Below, piece after piece: positions 9,549-20,143 of a stretch of DNA of 60,243 bases. Source of the DNA: Candidatus Acidiferrum sp. (GTDB lineage Bacteria > Acidobacteriota > Terriglobia > Acidiferrales > UBA7541); contig DATMLZ010000006.1 in the NCBI GenBank assembly GCA_035569955.1, positions 1 through 60,243 of the forward strand, in the 5' to 3' direction. The notes under the pieces are model-generated. The model worked only from the letters and a program-made list of their open reading frames with translations, searched no databases and was not told the origin of the DNA. Made by a program: the position numbers and the translations under genes. Position 1 is the stretch's first letter. Every line of letters begins with the position of its first letter.

Positions 9549-11828
9549 ATGTCGATTAACGAAATCACAGTCACTGGGCAGCTCGCGGCCGAGCATGGCC
9601 TCACCGCCGACGAATACGCGCGCATCCAAAAAATTCTGGGGCGCGATCCGAATTTCACAGAGCTCGGTATTTTCAGCGTCAGCTGGAGCGAACACTGCTC
9701 CTATAAATCCTCGCGCGTCCATTTGCGGAAGCTGCCGACGCGCGGCAAGCACGTTGTGCAAGGCCCGGGAGAAAATGCGGGCGTCGTCGACATCGGCGAT
9801 GGTCTGGTTGCCGTCTTCAAAATCGAATCGCACAATCATCCGAGCTTTGTCGAACCGTTTCAGGGCGCAGCGACCGGCGTCGGCGGAATCCTCCGCGACA
9901 TTTTTACGATGGGCGCGCGCCCGATAGCAGTCCTTGATTCGTTGCGCTTTGGCGAAATTAATGGCAACGGAGCGTCCGCGCAAAATCGCCGTATTCTTGA
10001 CGGCGTCGTCCGCGGCATTGCGCATTACGGAAACTGCTTCGGCGTACCCACGGTAGGCGGCGAAGTTCTTTTTGAATCCTGTTACTCGAATAATCCTCTT
10101 GTGAATGCGCTTGCGCTCGGGGTGGCGCGGCGCGAAGAGCTGTTTTTTGCGCGCGCGCAAGGCCCGGGCAACCCGGTGATTTACGTGGGAGCAAAGACCG
10201 GGCGTGATGGCATTCACGGCGCATCGCTGCTTGCTTCAGCCGAATTCAGCGAAGCGTCCGAACAGAAGCGCCCCAACGTGCAGGTCGGCGATCCGTTCAT
10301 GGAAAAGCTGCTGCTTGAGGCGTGCCTTGAGGCCATGAAAACCGGCGCAGTCGTGGCAATCCAGGATATGGGCGCGGCGGGCCTTACCAGTTCGAGCTGC
10401 GAGATGGCTTCGCGTGGGGGCGTCGGCATCGAACTGGAACTCGCGCGGATCCCACAGCGCGAAACGAATATGACGCCATACGAAATGATGCTCAGCGAAT
10501 CGCAGGAGCGCATGCTTCTGGTCGCGCAGCGTGGCCGAGAAAAGGAAGTTTTGGACGTTTTCAAAAAATGGGGTCTTGACGCCGTCGAAGCCGGTGTCGT
10601 CACCGACGACGGCTTGTTGCGCATCCTGCATCACGGACAAATTGCCGCCGAGATTCCGGCTCATGCGCTTGCAGAGGAGGGTCCGCGCTACGAGCGCCCT
10701 ATCGCGAGACCTCCGGCGCAAACCGTTCCGCAAAGACTTGTGGAATTTGCAGACGCAGGTGCCGATCTCACCGGGAATTTCCAGCGCATACTTGCTTCGC
10801 CTTCGATCGCATCGAAAAACTGGATCACGGAACAATACGACTCCATGGTCCGTACCAATACTCGTGTGGGGCCCGGACAAGGTGACGCCGCTGTGCTTCG
10901 CTTGAAGGAATCGCATCGCGCGCTGGCGATCAAAACCGACGGCAACGGTCGCTGGGGTTCGCTTGCGCCGCGCACCGGTGCGATTCACGCAGTTGCCGAA
11001 GCCGCGCGCAACGTAGCATGCACCGGAGCTCGTCCCGTGGCCGCCACGAACTGCTTGAATTTCGGCAATCCGGAAAAGCCCGAAGTAATGTGGCAATTCA
11101 TCGAAGCGATCGAAGGAATTTCCGAAGCGTGCGCGGCGCTCGAAACGCCGATCACCGGCGGCAACGTGAGCTTTTACAATGAAACGCTGGGAAAGCCGAT
11201 CTATCCCACGCCGATTCTCGGTGTCCTCGGCCTGATCGAGAACGCCGAATGCGCGATGGGATCGGCGTTTCGGAGCGAAGGCGATGGGATCGTCCTGCTC
11301 GATGCCGGGAAAGCTGCGCCATCGCGCGAAGAACAGCAAACGGAATTTTCGTCGTCCGAATACGCGAAAGCAATTCACGGAATTGCGGCGGGCGAACCGC
11401 CCAAAGCCGATCTGGCCGCAGAAAAAAACCTGATCGACGCGCTCGTCGAACTCGCCGCCGAAAAAGTGATTCGTTCCGCGCATGACCTGAGCGACGGCGG
11501 CCTGGCCGTTACGCTCGCTGAATGCTGCTTCGGTACCGAGGGTCTCGCGGCCGACACAAAAATCCCGCGAGAGTCGCCGGATGAGCCCGCCGAATACGCG
11601 CTCTTCAGCGAACGCGGTGCACGCGCCATCGTCTCGGTCGATCCCGCGTTGCTTGCTCGCGTCAGCTCGATTGCGGCACAATATAATGTGCGTGCTTTGC
11701 GCATCGGCAGTGTCACGCGCGGCGTGTTTCGCATCAGATATGAAGACGGCCCGGCGATCCAGGGGCAGATCGATTCATTCCGTAAGGTGTGGAGCGATTC
11801 GTTGGCCAAGGAACTCGAAAGCGCTTAA
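9549..11828 (+). CDS. purL: phosphoribosylformylglycinamidine synthase subunit PurL
   Basis: 759 aa. [18 protein letters not shown] and duplicated AIR-synthase-like domains. The stop TAA overlaps the purF ATG (TAATG). Confidence 0.95.
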   Translation: MSINEITVTGQLAAEHGLTADEYARIQKILGRDPNFTELGIFSVSWSEHCSYKSSRVHLRKLPTRGKHVVQGPGENAGVVDIGDGLVAVFKIESHNHPSFVEPFQGAATGVGGILRDIFTMGARPIAVLDSLRFGEINGNGASAQNRRILDGVVRGIAHYGNCFGVPTVGGEVLFESCYSNNPLVNALALGVARREELFFARAQGPGNPVIYVGAKTGRDGIHGASLLASAEFSEASEQKRPNVQVGDPFMEKLLLEACLEAMKTGAVVAIQDMGAAGLTSSSCEMASRGGVGIELELARIPQRETNMTPYEMMLSESQERMLLVAQRGREKEVLDVFKKWGLDAVEAGVVTDDGLLRILHHGQIAAEIPAHALAEEGPRYERPIARPPAQTVPQRLVEFADAGADLTGNFQRILASPSIASKNWITEQYDSMVRTNTRVGPGQGDAAVLRLKESHRALAIKTDGNGRWGSLAPRTGAIHAVAEAARNVACTGARPVAATNCLNFGNPEKPEVMWQFIEAIEGISEACAALETPITGGNVSFYNETLGKPIYPTPILGVLGLIENAECAMGSAFRSEGDGIVLLDAGKAAPSREEQQTEFSSSEYAKAIHGIAAGEPPKADLAAEKNLIDALVELAAEKVIRSAHDLSDGGLAVTLAECCFGTEGLAADTKIPRESPDEPAEYALFSERGARAIVSVDPALLARVSSIAAQYNVRALRIGSVTRGVFRIRYEDGPAIQGQIDSFRKVWSDSLAKELESA

Positions 11829-13240
11829 TGTCAAAGCTCCACATCCTCGAAGACGATCATTTCCACGATCATTGTGGCGTGTTCGGCGTATTCGGCCACA
11901 CGGAAGCGTCGAAACTTACCTACCTCGGTCTCTACGCGCTCCAGCATCGCGGCCAGGAATCGGCCGGCATCGCCTCGTCCGATGGGCTCGACATTCACGT
12001 CCACAAGTCGCTCGGTCACGTGCAGGAAATTTTCACGCCCGACGTTCTCCAGCGCCTGCCGGGTGATCTCGCCATCGGCCACACCCGTTATTCGACGGCT
12101 GGCGACACGACGCTCACCAACGCGCAGCCCATCGTCATCGATTGCAACAAGGGCAAGCTCGCGCTCGGCCACAACGGCAACCTGACCAACGCAACCGAAA
12201 TTCGCCGGCGTCTCGAACATCGCGGCTCGATCTTTCAAACAACCAGTGACACAGAAGTGATCGTTCATCTGATCGCGCGCAGCGCCGCGCGGAATCTTCC
12301 CGGAGCAATTGCTGATGCGCTCAGTCAGGTCGAAGGTGCCTACTCCCTTTTGCTCCTTACACGCGATGAAATGTACGCGATCCGCGACCCGCGCGGCTTC
12401 CGGCCGCTCGCTCTCGGGCGCATCGACGGCACTTGGGTCGCTGGCTCGGAAACGTGCGCATTCGATTTGATCGATGCTGAATACGTTCGCGACGTCGAAC
12501 CCGGGGAGATGGTGCGCATCTCGCGCAGCGGCATCGAGTCGATCCGTTTCGCTCCCGAAAAGCCGCGTCAATACTGTATTTTCGAGCACGTCTATTTTTC
12601 GCGCCCCGATAGCCTTGTCTTCGGCCAGCAAGTCAGCGAAAGTCGCGAACAGCTTGGTCGCCTCCTTGCCCGCGAACACGGCGTCGAAGCCGACATCGTC
12701 GCGCCCGTTCCTGATTCCGGTGTTCCGGCCGCGATCGGCTACTCAGCCGAGTCGGGAATTCCGTTTCGCATGGCGCTCATCCGGAATCACTACGTCGGCC
12801 GCACGTTCATCGAACCCGAGCAAGCCATCCGCGACTTCGGCGTAAAGCTGAAACTGAACCCCGTGCGTCGAATGCTGGAGGGGAAGCGCGTGATTCTGGT
12901 CGACGATTCGCTCGTCCGCGGCACTACCAGCCGCAAAATCGTTCGCCTCGTCCGCGAAGCGGGCGCGACCGAAGTTCACATGCGCATCAGCTGTCCGCCG
13001 ACGATTTCTCCGTGCTACTACGGCGTCGATACGCCTCGCCGCGACGAGCTCATTGCCTCGCGCCATTCGACCGAAGAGATTCGCCAGTTCCTCGGCGCCG
13101 ATTCACTCGGCTATCTTTCGCTCGAAGCGTTGCGAGCGGCGGTCAGAGATCGCGAGGGCAAATACTGCACGTCCTGCTATACGGGCGTCTATCCCACCGA
13201 ATTGGTGCAGCTTGAAGTGGAGGCGCACCGCGATGCTTGA
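11828..13240 (+). CDS. purF: amidophosphoribosyltransferase (propeptide plus N-terminal nucleophile Cys; Fe-S type)
   Basis: [15 protein letters not shown]|CGVFGVFG. Also LQHRGQESAGI, a PRPP loop VILVDDSLVRGTT, and Cys ligands ISCPPTISPCYYG. Confidence 0.95.
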   Translation: MSKLHILEDDHFHDHCGVFGVFGHTEASKLTYLGLYALQHRGQESAGIASSDGLDIHVHKSLGHVQEIFTPDVLQRLPGDLAIGHTRYSTAGDTTLTNAQPIVIDCNKGKLALGHNGNLTNATEIRRRLEHRGSIFQTTSDTEVIVHLIARSAARNLPGAIADALSQVEGAYSLLLLTRDEMYAIRDPRGFRPLALGRIDGTWVAGSETCAFDLIDAEYVRDVEPGEMVRISRSGIESIRFAPEKPRQYCIFEHVYFSRPDSLVFGQQVSESREQLGRLLAREHGVEADIVAPVPDSGVPAAIGYSAESGIPFRMALIRNHYVGRTFIEPEQAIRDFGVKLKLNPVRRMLEGKRVILVDDSLVRGTTSRKIVRLVREAGATEVHMRISCPPTISPCYYGVDTPRRDELIASRHSTEEIRQFLGADSLGYLSLEALRAAVRDREGKYCTSCYTGVYPTELVQLEVEAHRDA

Positions 13241-14045
13241 CGTTCAGGAGTCGCATGCGCCTGTCTCAAAGGGCCGCGGATTGAGAGACAACCGCGTCTG
13301 GCGCGAAATCGTTTCCTGGTGCTGGGTCGTCGGCGCGCTCGTTTTGATTGAAGGCGGCGTCGCGCAGGCGCGTGTAATCCCCAGTGGCTCGATGGAAAAC
13401 ACGGTGCTGATCGGCGATCACCTTATCATCAGCAGCGTTGGCTATCAGGCCAGCATTCCCTTCACCGACCATCACGTCACGCTCTGGCGCAGTCCGCAGC
13501 GCGGACAGATCATCGTGTTCCGCGCGCCGCTTGCCGACCAGAATTATCCCGACCTTATCAAGCGCTGCATCGGCGTTCCCGGAGACCGCATCAAGATCGT
13601 CGCCGGAAAGGTGTATCTGAACGGCGCTCCGCTCGATGAGCCTTACGCGCTCCATACCGACGGCGCGCAAAATGTGCCGTGGGAAAATTTCCCGGCGCGG
13701 GCGTCGGAAATGTTCTTTTCAGACGTTCCCGGCTGGAAAGATGAAATGGCCAAGCACATCGTCAATGGCGAACTCGTCGTTCCCGCCGGCAACTATTTCA
13801 TGATGGGCGATAATCGCGACGACTCGAATGACAGTCGCTTCTGGGGTTTCGTCCCGCGCCAAGCGATCATCGGCACTCCCGCGTTTGTATATATGTCGAT
13901 CAAGGGCCCTGGCGATGTTTGGGAACCGGGCCACATGGGCGACCGCTTTGAGACATATTTGAACGCCCTGATTCATCCCACACGAATTCGCTGGAGCCGC
14001 ATGTTCCGGCCGCTGCCGGCTGCCTCACCGAGGAGCTCATCGTGA
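13233..14045 (+). CDS. lepB: signal peptidase I (paralog 1)
   Basis: ATG 13233 lies 8 nt inside the purF 3' end. One TM helix, then IPSGSMENTVLIGDH (catalytic Ser box), IKRCIGVPGD (Lys box) and GDNRDDSNDSRFWGFV. Confidence 0.85.
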   Translation: MLDVQESHAPVSKGRGLRDNRVWREIVSWCWVVGALVLIEGGVAQARVIPSGSMENTVLIGDHLIISSVGYQASIPFTDHHVTLWRSPQRGQIIVFRAPLADQNYPDLIKRCIGVPGDRIKIVAGKVYLNGAPLDEPYALHTDGAQNVPWENFPARASEMFFSDVPGWKDEMAKHIVNGELVVPAGNYFMMGDNRDDSNDSRFWGFVPRQAIIGTPAFVYMSIKGPGDVWEPGHMGDRFETYLNALIHPTRIRWSRMFRPLPAASPRSSS

Positions 14046-14851
14046 GTACCGAAGTGGACCAGGCGCTGCCGGTCGAACCCCAGGATGTACATCTCCATCA
14101 CCCCACGACCGCTGAAAAGGTCTGGGTCGAGGTTGTCTCGTGGTTCTGGGTAATCGTTGCATTCCTCTTTATTGAAGCTTGCCTCGTGCAAGCGCGCGTG
14201 ATTCCCAGCGGCTCAATGGAGAACACGGTCCTCATCGGCGACCATCTCATCGTCAGCCGCATCGGTTACGACGTCGGTGTTCCGTTTACCTCGATTCACA
14301 CACCGCTCTGGCGCAATCCGAAACGGCAGCAGATCATCGTCTTTAAAGCGCCGCTTGCCGACCAGGGCTACCCGGACTTTATCAAGCGCTGCATCGGCGT
14401 TCCCGGCGACCATATCAAGATCATTGATTCAGTCGTTTATGTGAACGGCAAGGCGCTCGTCGAGCCCTACGCGCTGCACTCGCCCGGATTTGAAACCAAT
14501 GCGCGTGAAAATTTCCCTGCCCAAGCTGCGGATTTTTCGTCGGATTTTGTCGATCGTCCGGAATGGGCCGATGAACTGGCAAAAAATACGGTCAACGGCG
14601 AACTCGTCGTTCCGTCGGGCGAATATTTCATGATGGGCGACAATCGCGACAATTCGAACGACAGCCGCTTCTGGGGGTTCGTGCCTCGCGAAAATATCAT
14701 CGGCACGCCGGTGATGATCTACATGTCGATTAGGGCGCCGGACGGTGCCTGGGAGCCCGGTCATCTTTCTGATCGCTTCGCGGCTTACGGCAATGCCATC
14801 ATTCATCCCAGCAAGATTCGCTGGAGCCGGCTCTTCCACATTTTCTGGTAG
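14042..14851 (+). CDS. lepB: signal peptidase I (paralog 2)
   Basis: GTG start overlaps the stop of paralog 1 (GTGA). It has the same boxes: IPSGSMENTVLIGDH, IKRCIGVPGD, GDNRDNSNDSRFWGFV. Confidence 0.85.
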   Translation: MSTEVDQALPVEPQDVHLHHPTTAEKVWVEVVSWFWVIVAFLFIEACLVQARVIPSGSMENTVLIGDHLIVSRIGYDVGVPFTSIHTPLWRNPKRQQIIVFKAPLADQGYPDFIKRCIGVPGDHIKIIDSVVYVNGKALVEPYALHSPGFETNARENFPAQAADFSSDFVDRPEWADELAKNTVNGELVVPSGEYFMMGDNRDNSNDSRFWGFVPRENIIGTPVMIYMSIRAPDGAWEPGHLSDRFAAYGNAIIHPSKIRWSRLFHIFW

Positions 14852-14919
14852 CCATTTTTCTTAAATTTTGTTCTTCTAAAAAGCGAAGGCCGCCCACCCC
14901 CTCGAGAAAACGAGCACAC

Positions 14920-15963
14920 ATGCGCTACGCCGATGCAGGCGTAAATATCACAGTTGCGGATGAAGCAAAGCGACGCATCGCCGCGATGGCGGGAAAGACG
15001 TTTCGGCGCGGTGTCCTCGCGCCGATCGGGGGATTCGGATCCCTTTTTCAACTGGACGGCCGTTGGAAAGAGCCGGTCCTGGTGGCCAGCGCCGATGGTG
15101 TCGGCACGAAGCTGAAAATCGCCTTTGCCACCGGCATTCACTCTTCGGTTGGCGCCGACGTCCTCAATCATTGCGTCAACGACATTCTCACCCAGGGTGC
15201 CGAGCCTCTCTTTTTTCTAGACTACCTCGCGATGGGCAAAATCGATACGCGCATCGTCGAGCAGGTCATCGAAGGGATGAGCCGCGCGGCCAAGCAAGCG
15301 GGGTGCTCCCTGATTGGCGGCGAAACGGCCGAGATGCCGGATTTTTACGCGGAGGGCGAATACGATCTGGCCGGATTTATAGTCGGCGCGGTCGAAAAAA
15401 ACAAACAACTCGACCCGCGAAAAGTTCGCCCGGGCGATGCGCTCATCGCGCTTCCGTCCACAGGGCTTCACACCAATGGCTATTCGCTCGCTCGCAAGCT
15501 CGCCTTCGAGGTTGCAGGCCACGAACCGGACGCTTATGTGCCTGACGTCGGCGGAAAAATCGGCGCCGAGCTTCTCAAACCGCATCGCGCCTACTGGCCG
15601 CTGCTGAAAAACGTCTTGTCGCGCGGATGGGTGTCGTCGATGGCTCACATCACCGGTGGCGGCATCACCGGCAATCTGCCACGCGCGCTCCCGCGCAACG
15701 TGCAGGCGGTCGTCGAGCTGGGTAGCTGGCCCGTCCTGCCGATTTTCAAATATCTAGCCAAAGTCGGCAAAATCGAGCGTGACGAATTGCTCCAGACGTT
15801 CAATCTAGGCGTCGGCATGATCCTGGTCGTTCCGGCGAAAAGCGTGGCTCGCGTCGAAAGCGAACTTCGCCGCCGCCGCGAAAAGTTCTACATGATTGGC
15901 CGCATCGAAGAAGGTCCGCGCGGCAAACCTCGCGTCGTCTACAACGGGAAACTTCCGTTGTAG
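14920..15963 (+). CDS. purM: phosphoribosylformylglycinamidine cyclo-ligase (AIR synthetase)
   Basis: MRYADAGVNI, DGVGTKL, NDILTQGAEPLFFLDY, GGETAEMP. Confidence 0.95.
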   Translation: MRYADAGVNITVADEAKRRIAAMAGKTFRRGVLAPIGGFGSLFQLDGRWKEPVLVASADGVGTKLKIAFATGIHSSVGADVLNHCVNDILTQGAEPLFFLDYLAMGKIDTRIVEQVIEGMSRAAKQAGCSLIGGETAEMPDFYAEGEYDLAGFIVGAVEKNKQLDPRKVRPGDALIALPSTGLHTNGYSLARKLAFEVAGHEPDAYVPDVGGKIGAELLKPHRAYWPLLKNVLSRGWVSSMAHITGGGITGNLPRALPRNVQAVVELGSWPVLPIFKYLAKVGKIERDELLQTFNLGVGMILVVPAKSVARVESELRRRREKFYMIGRIEEGPRGKPRVVYNGKLPL

Positions 15964-15983
15964 CCAAGTTTCCCCCTGCTGCC

Positions 15984-16688
15984 TCATCTACCGGGAGATT
16001 TGTGCCCCAGAAAAATCATATGCCGCGGGCCGCCCTTGTTGTTCCGTCCGCGCACCCGCTCTACCTCTACGGCAAATCTCCCGTGCCGCAATCGCTGCTC
16101 GAATTTCCGGTCCTCATGCGCCGACCATACGGCCAGCACGCCGTGCGGCTTCAGAGCCGCGAAAATCATCGCGATTCCGCGATCGTCGTAAAGGCCTGCG
16201 TTGTTTGATTGCGTGAAAGCTGTCGGCCCGTTGTCCACATCCAGAAGCACCGCATCGAACTCGCCGGGATGCGAACACAGCGTGGCGGCCACATCATCGA
16301 CCTCGACGCGCACACGCGAATCGTCAAGCGGATGTCCGGCCAACTCTCCGAGAGGGCCGCGATTCCACTCGACTACGGCGGGCACCAGCTCGGCCACCAC
16401 GATCTTGGCGCCCGGCGGCAGCAGATCGAGCGTGGTGCGCAGTGTAAAACCCATGCCCAGGCCCCCGATCAGAACGCAGGGCCGCTCGAGCATCTGGGCC
16501 TTGCGGCATCCAAATGTGCCGAGCGTCTCCTCTGAGCCGTGCATCCGGCTGGACATAAGGCTCTTGCCGTTGGCAAGGATGATGTACTCATCATCGCGAC
16601 GCATCAGTTTCAGCACGGCGCCGTCTTGGGCCCGCGCCTGCCCGAGCATTTTGATCGGTTTCACGCGTGTGATGGTACAAGAGACCAA
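15984..16688 (-). CDS. spermidine-synthase-like SAM-dependent methyltransferase-fold protein
   Basis: VLIGGLGMGFT (glycine-rich SAM/dcSAM loop), VAELVPAVV and FDAVLLDVDNGP. Overall resemblance to the spermine/spermidine synthase family. The start codon is uncertain (an alternative M lies 13 codons in). Confidence 0.6.
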   Translation of the reverse strand: MVSCTITRVKPIKMLGQARAQDGAVLKLMRRDDEYIILANGKSLMSSRMHGSEETLGTFGCRKAQMLERPCVLIGGLGMGFTLRTTLDLLPPGAKIVVAELVPAVVEWNRGPLGELAGHPLDDSRVRVEVDDVAATLCSHPGEFDAVLLDVDNGPTAFTQSNNAGLYDDRGIAMIFAALKPHGVLAVWSAHEDRKFEQRLRHGRFAVEVERVRGRNNKGGPRHMIFLGHKSPGR

Positions 16689-16996
16689 ATCGCAAGTAAA
16701 AATCGGGGGAGCGGTCGATCTAGGAGCGCCTCTGCTGACACGCCCTATCGCCCGCGATCTGTGAGGCTACCTTTGTAGAATGACGTAGTCCGCTCGCCGC
16801 TGTTCCATTTTCAGATTGCATCCCGCATTTCCAATCGAAAGAGAAATTCTCAAGAATTATGCCCAGCTCCAATGGGCACAATCAAAATGGCACTTCCCGT
16901 CGATAGGAAACTGGCCTGTCCCGGGGTTTGGATTCGGAGTGCCGCGATTTCGCCGCTCCGCGAAAATGTGCTAATTTCGCATGCCGTGAAAAAATC

Positions 16997-17614
16997 ATGA
17001 GAAAACGTATCGGTGTGCTCCTTTCCGGCCGCGGATCGAACTTTGAGGCACTGGCCGAAAAAATCGACGCCGGAAAAATTCCCAATGCCGAAATCGCCGT
17101 CGTGGTCAGCAACCGCGAAAACGCTCCCGGTCTCGACCGCGCCCGCGCCCGCGGCATCCCGGCCAAAGTGATTCCATCCAAGGGCCTTGAACGCGAAGCC
17201 TACGACCGGTTGGTCGTCGCCGCACTCGAGGAGCAAAAAGTCGATCTGGTTTGCCTCGCGGGCTATATGCGCCTGATCTCGCCCTACTTCGTGGCGGCGT
17301 ACCCGAGTCGCATCCTCAATATTCACCCGTCGCTGCTGCCGTCGTTTCCCGGGCTGGAGGCGCAACGCCAGGCGCTCGAACATGGAGCAAAAATCTCCGG
17401 CTGCACCGTGCATTTTGTCGATGAAAATCTCGACGCGGGGCCCATCGTGATGCAAGCGGCGGTCGCGATCGAAGATTCCGATACGCCGGAGACACTTTCG
17501 GAGAGAATTTTGCGGGAAGAACATCGCATCTATGCAGAAGCTGTAAGGATCGTCCTCGAGGGGCGCTTCAAAATCGTTGGCCGCCGCGTGCTCGCGGCGG
17601 AGGGAACAAACTGA
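16997..17614 (+). CDS. purN: phosphoribosylglycinamide formyltransferase
   Basis: Starts MRKRIGVLLSGRGSNFEAL. Also NIHPSLLPSFPG and HFVDENLDAGPI. ORF 16928.. has an earlier Met, but conserved PurN begins at ATG 16997. Confidence 0.9.
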   Translation: MRKRIGVLLSGRGSNFEALAEKIDAGKIPNAEIAVVVSNRENAPGLDRARARGIPAKVIPSKGLEREAYDRLVVAALEEQKVDLVCLAGYMRLISPYFVAAYPSRILNIHPSLLPSFPGLEAQRQALEHGAKISGCTVHFVDENLDAGPIVMQAAVAIEDSDTPETLSERILREEHRIYAEAVRIVLEGRFKIVGRRVLAAEGTN

Positions 17615-18852
17615 TGGCGGCCGCGGCTTTCAAGCCCATCGACGAACAGCTCGCGTACCTCAAAAAAGGCTCGGCGGAAATTATTCGCGAAGACGAGCTG
17701 AAGCAGAAGCTCGAAAACGCCGCGAAGACGGGCAAACCGCTTCGCGTCTATCTCGGTGTCGATCCAACGGCGCCCGATATTCACCTCGGCCACACGGTGG
17801 TCCTTCGCAAACTGAAGCATTTTCAGGATATGGGCCACACCGCGATTTTCCTGATCGGCGATTTCTCCGCGATGATCGGCGATCCGACGGGCGTTTCTGA
17901 AACGCGACCGCCTCTTACGCGCGAGCAGGTCGACGCTAACGCAAGGACGTATCTCGCGCAGGTCTACAAGATTCTCGACAAGGAAAAAACCGAGGTTCGC
18001 TATAACAGCGAATGGCTCGAAAAGATGCCGAGCCAGGACATCGTTCGTCTCTGTGGGCATTACCGCCTCGCACGGATGCTTGAGCGCGAAGATTTTCGTT
18101 CACGCCTGGAGAATAATCATCCGATTTCCGTTCACGAACTTCTCTATCCGCTGCTCACGGCTTGCGATGCCGTCGCGCTGAAATCCGATGTTGAACTCGG
18201 GGCCACCGAGCAGAAATTCAACCTGCTCGTTCACCGCGATATCCAGCGGGAATACGGTCTGCCGTCCCAGGCGATTCTCACGATGCCGATCCTTGTGGGA
18301 CTTGACGGCGAACGGAAAATGTCGAAGAGCCTCGGAAACTACGTGGGCATAACGGAGGCGCCTGGCGAGATGTTCGGAAAGCTGATGTCAATTTCAGACC
18401 AAACAATGTGGCCGTACTACGAGCTGCTGACGGATTTTTCTTCGCGCGATATCGCTCGAATGCGCGAAGAGGTTCGCACCGGCGCGCTCCATCCGAAAAA
18501 AGCAAAAATGGAACTGGCTCACGTGATCGTCACGCAATTCCATGGCGAGGAAGCCGCCAGGAGGGCCGCCGCCGAATGGGATCTAGTTTTCAGTAAACGC
18601 CAGTTGCCCTCGGAAATGGCGGTTGTTCCCCTTGAGCCAGCGGCAAAAGTGAAGCTATCGACGCTCGTCGGACTTGCGCAAGCCGGCACATCGCGTGCGT
18701 CGGCCGAGCGGCTCATCAAACAGGGAGCGGTCGAATGGGATGGAGCAAGAATCGACGAGGTGACGCGCGTGCTCGATTTGACCGAACCGGGCGACCACAC
18801 TCTCCGCGTCGGGAAAAAAACCGCCATCACGATCCGCGTGGAAAAAAAATGA
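17614..18852 (+). CDS. tyrS: tyrosine--tRNA ligase
   Basis: HIGH-type motif PDIHLGH, KMSKS, and a C-terminal S4-like domain. The ATG overlaps the purN stop (TGATG). Confidence 0.95.
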   Translation: MAAAAFKPIDEQLAYLKKGSAEIIREDELKQKLENAAKTGKPLRVYLGVDPTAPDIHLGHTVVLRKLKHFQDMGHTAIFLIGDFSAMIGDPTGVSETRPPLTREQVDANARTYLAQVYKILDKEKTEVRYNSEWLEKMPSQDIVRLCGHYRLARMLEREDFRSRLENNHPISVHELLYPLLTACDAVALKSDVELGATEQKFNLLVHRDIQREYGLPSQAILTMPILVGLDGERKMSKSLGNYVGITEAPGEMFGKLMSISDQTMWPYYELLTDFSSRDIARMREEVRTGALHPKKAKMELAHVIVTQFHGEEAARRAAAEWDLVFSKRQLPSEMAVVPLEPAAKVKLSTLVGLAQAGTSRASAERLIKQGAVEWDGARIDEVTRVLDLTEPGDHTLRVGKKTAITIRVEKK

Positions 18853-18946
18853 GTCTTCCGTCTTCATCGCCAACGATTGCGCTTAGGGGCGACAAATGCT
18901 TTGTGATATTGTTCGCGCACGAATTGCTTGGCGAGGAGAAAAATCT

Positions 18947-20092
18947 GTGAAGTTCTATCGTCTTGGTGCGAACGTCGCCACGATTGTCGCGCTGGCTGCC
19001 GCCGGAACGCTGGCAGTCGCGATGGCGGCGCAGAATCAAAGCGCTGTGCCTGCTAGCTCTCTAGCTCCGCAAGCAGCCGCCGCTCCCAACGTTCCCATCT
19101 GGGCGTATCCGGTGAGTCCGCCGCGACCTGGCGCAGGCCGCGGACCAAATGCAGGCGGTGGAGCAAACGCTGCCTCCCCCGCACCGGCCGCGAACCGAGG
19201 AGGGGCAAGTGGTGCGCAGGGCGCCGGTCGCGGGCCGGGGCGCGCTCCCGACGATGGCTCGCTCAGGCGTGTCCCCGGCAGCGACGTCGGCCTGACGCAA
19301 ACACAAATCCGCAGCAACGGGATGTTCGGTTTTCCCGATTGGTTCCCGAACACTCATCCCAACATGCCCGACATCGTCTCGAAAGGAAACATCGCTTCCG
19401 GCGTCCAGGCATGCTCGTACTGCCATCTCCCCAACGGGCAGGGACGTCCGGAAAATGAAAGCATTGCCGGTCTTCCCGCGGGTTACATTCTTCAGCAGCT
19501 CAGCGATTTCGGCGACGGCGATCGCAAAGGCACCGATCCAAGAATGGGCTATACGTTCATGACGCGCATTGGAAAGGCGATCAGCCCCGAAGACGCAAAA
19601 ACGGCGGCGGACTATTGGGCCGCGCAGAAGCTCAAGCCGTGGATTCGCGTCATAGAAACGGATACGGTTCCCGTCACGAGGCCGCAAGGCGGAATGCTCG
19701 TTACCGTCGATGGCGGCGGCACCGAGCCAATCGGCGAACGCGTGATTGAAGTATCCGAGGATCTTGAGCGCACCGAATTGCGCGATCCGACCTCGGGCTT
19801 TGTGGCTTACGTTCCAAAGGGAAGCCTGGCAAAGGGCAAAGAGCTTGTCATGACGGGCGGTAGCGGCAAATCGATTCGCTGCACGCTTTGCCACGGTACG
19901 GATTTAAAAGGGCTCGGCAACGTGCCCTCCATCGCGGGGCGTTCTCCAAGCCAGATGGCGCGCCAAATTATCGACATTCAAAGCGGCGCGCGAAACGGTC
20001 CATGGTCGCAGCTTATGAAAGAACCGGTGCGCCAACTGACAAACGACGACATCGTGAACGTCGTCTCGTATCTGGCTTCACTTGAACCCTGA
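18947..20092 (+). CDS. exported diheme c-type cytochrome (paralog A)
   Basis: Two CxxCH motifs (CSYCH, CTLCH). The signal-peptide-like start VKFYRLGANVATIVALAAAG at GTG 18947 is preceded by GGAGA. The ORF track gives an earlier start at 18896. Gly/Pro/Ala/Arg low-complexity linker at 19118-19249. Confidence 0.75.
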   Translation: MKFYRLGANVATIVALAAAGTLAVAMAAQNQSAVPASSLAPQAAAAPNVPIWAYPVSPPRPGAGRGPNAGGGANAASPAPAANRGGASGAQGAGRGPGRAPDDGSLRRVPGSDVGLTQTQIRSNGMFGFPDWFPNTHPNMPDIVSKGNIASGVQACSYCHLPNGQGRPENESIAGLPAGYILQQLSDFGDGDRKGTDPRMGYTFMTRIGKAISPEDAKTAADYWAAQKLKPWIRVIETDTVPVTRPQGGMLVTVDGGGTEPIGERVIEVSEDLERTELRDPTSGFVAYVPKGSLAKGKELVMTGGSGKSIRCTLCHGTDLKGLGNVPSIAGRSPSQMARQIIDIQSGARNGPWSQLMKEPVRQLTNDDIVNVVSYLASLEP

Positions 20093-20143
20093 TTGCGCGC
20101 TTTTGTGGTTCGCGGATGATTTTTGCTGAGGAGAGAAAATTTG

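Noticed and set aside
16689-16996. ZTP (pfl) or purine riboswitch in the 308-nt region upstream of purN; small hairpins TGCCCA(n7)TGGGCA and GCGAAA(n8)TTTCGC.
   Set aside because: The conserved ZTP 3' element (CCGCCUGGGC-like) and the pseudoknot partner are not present. AACUGGCC...CCGGGG is only a loose resemblance. The hairpins are short and could arise by chance.
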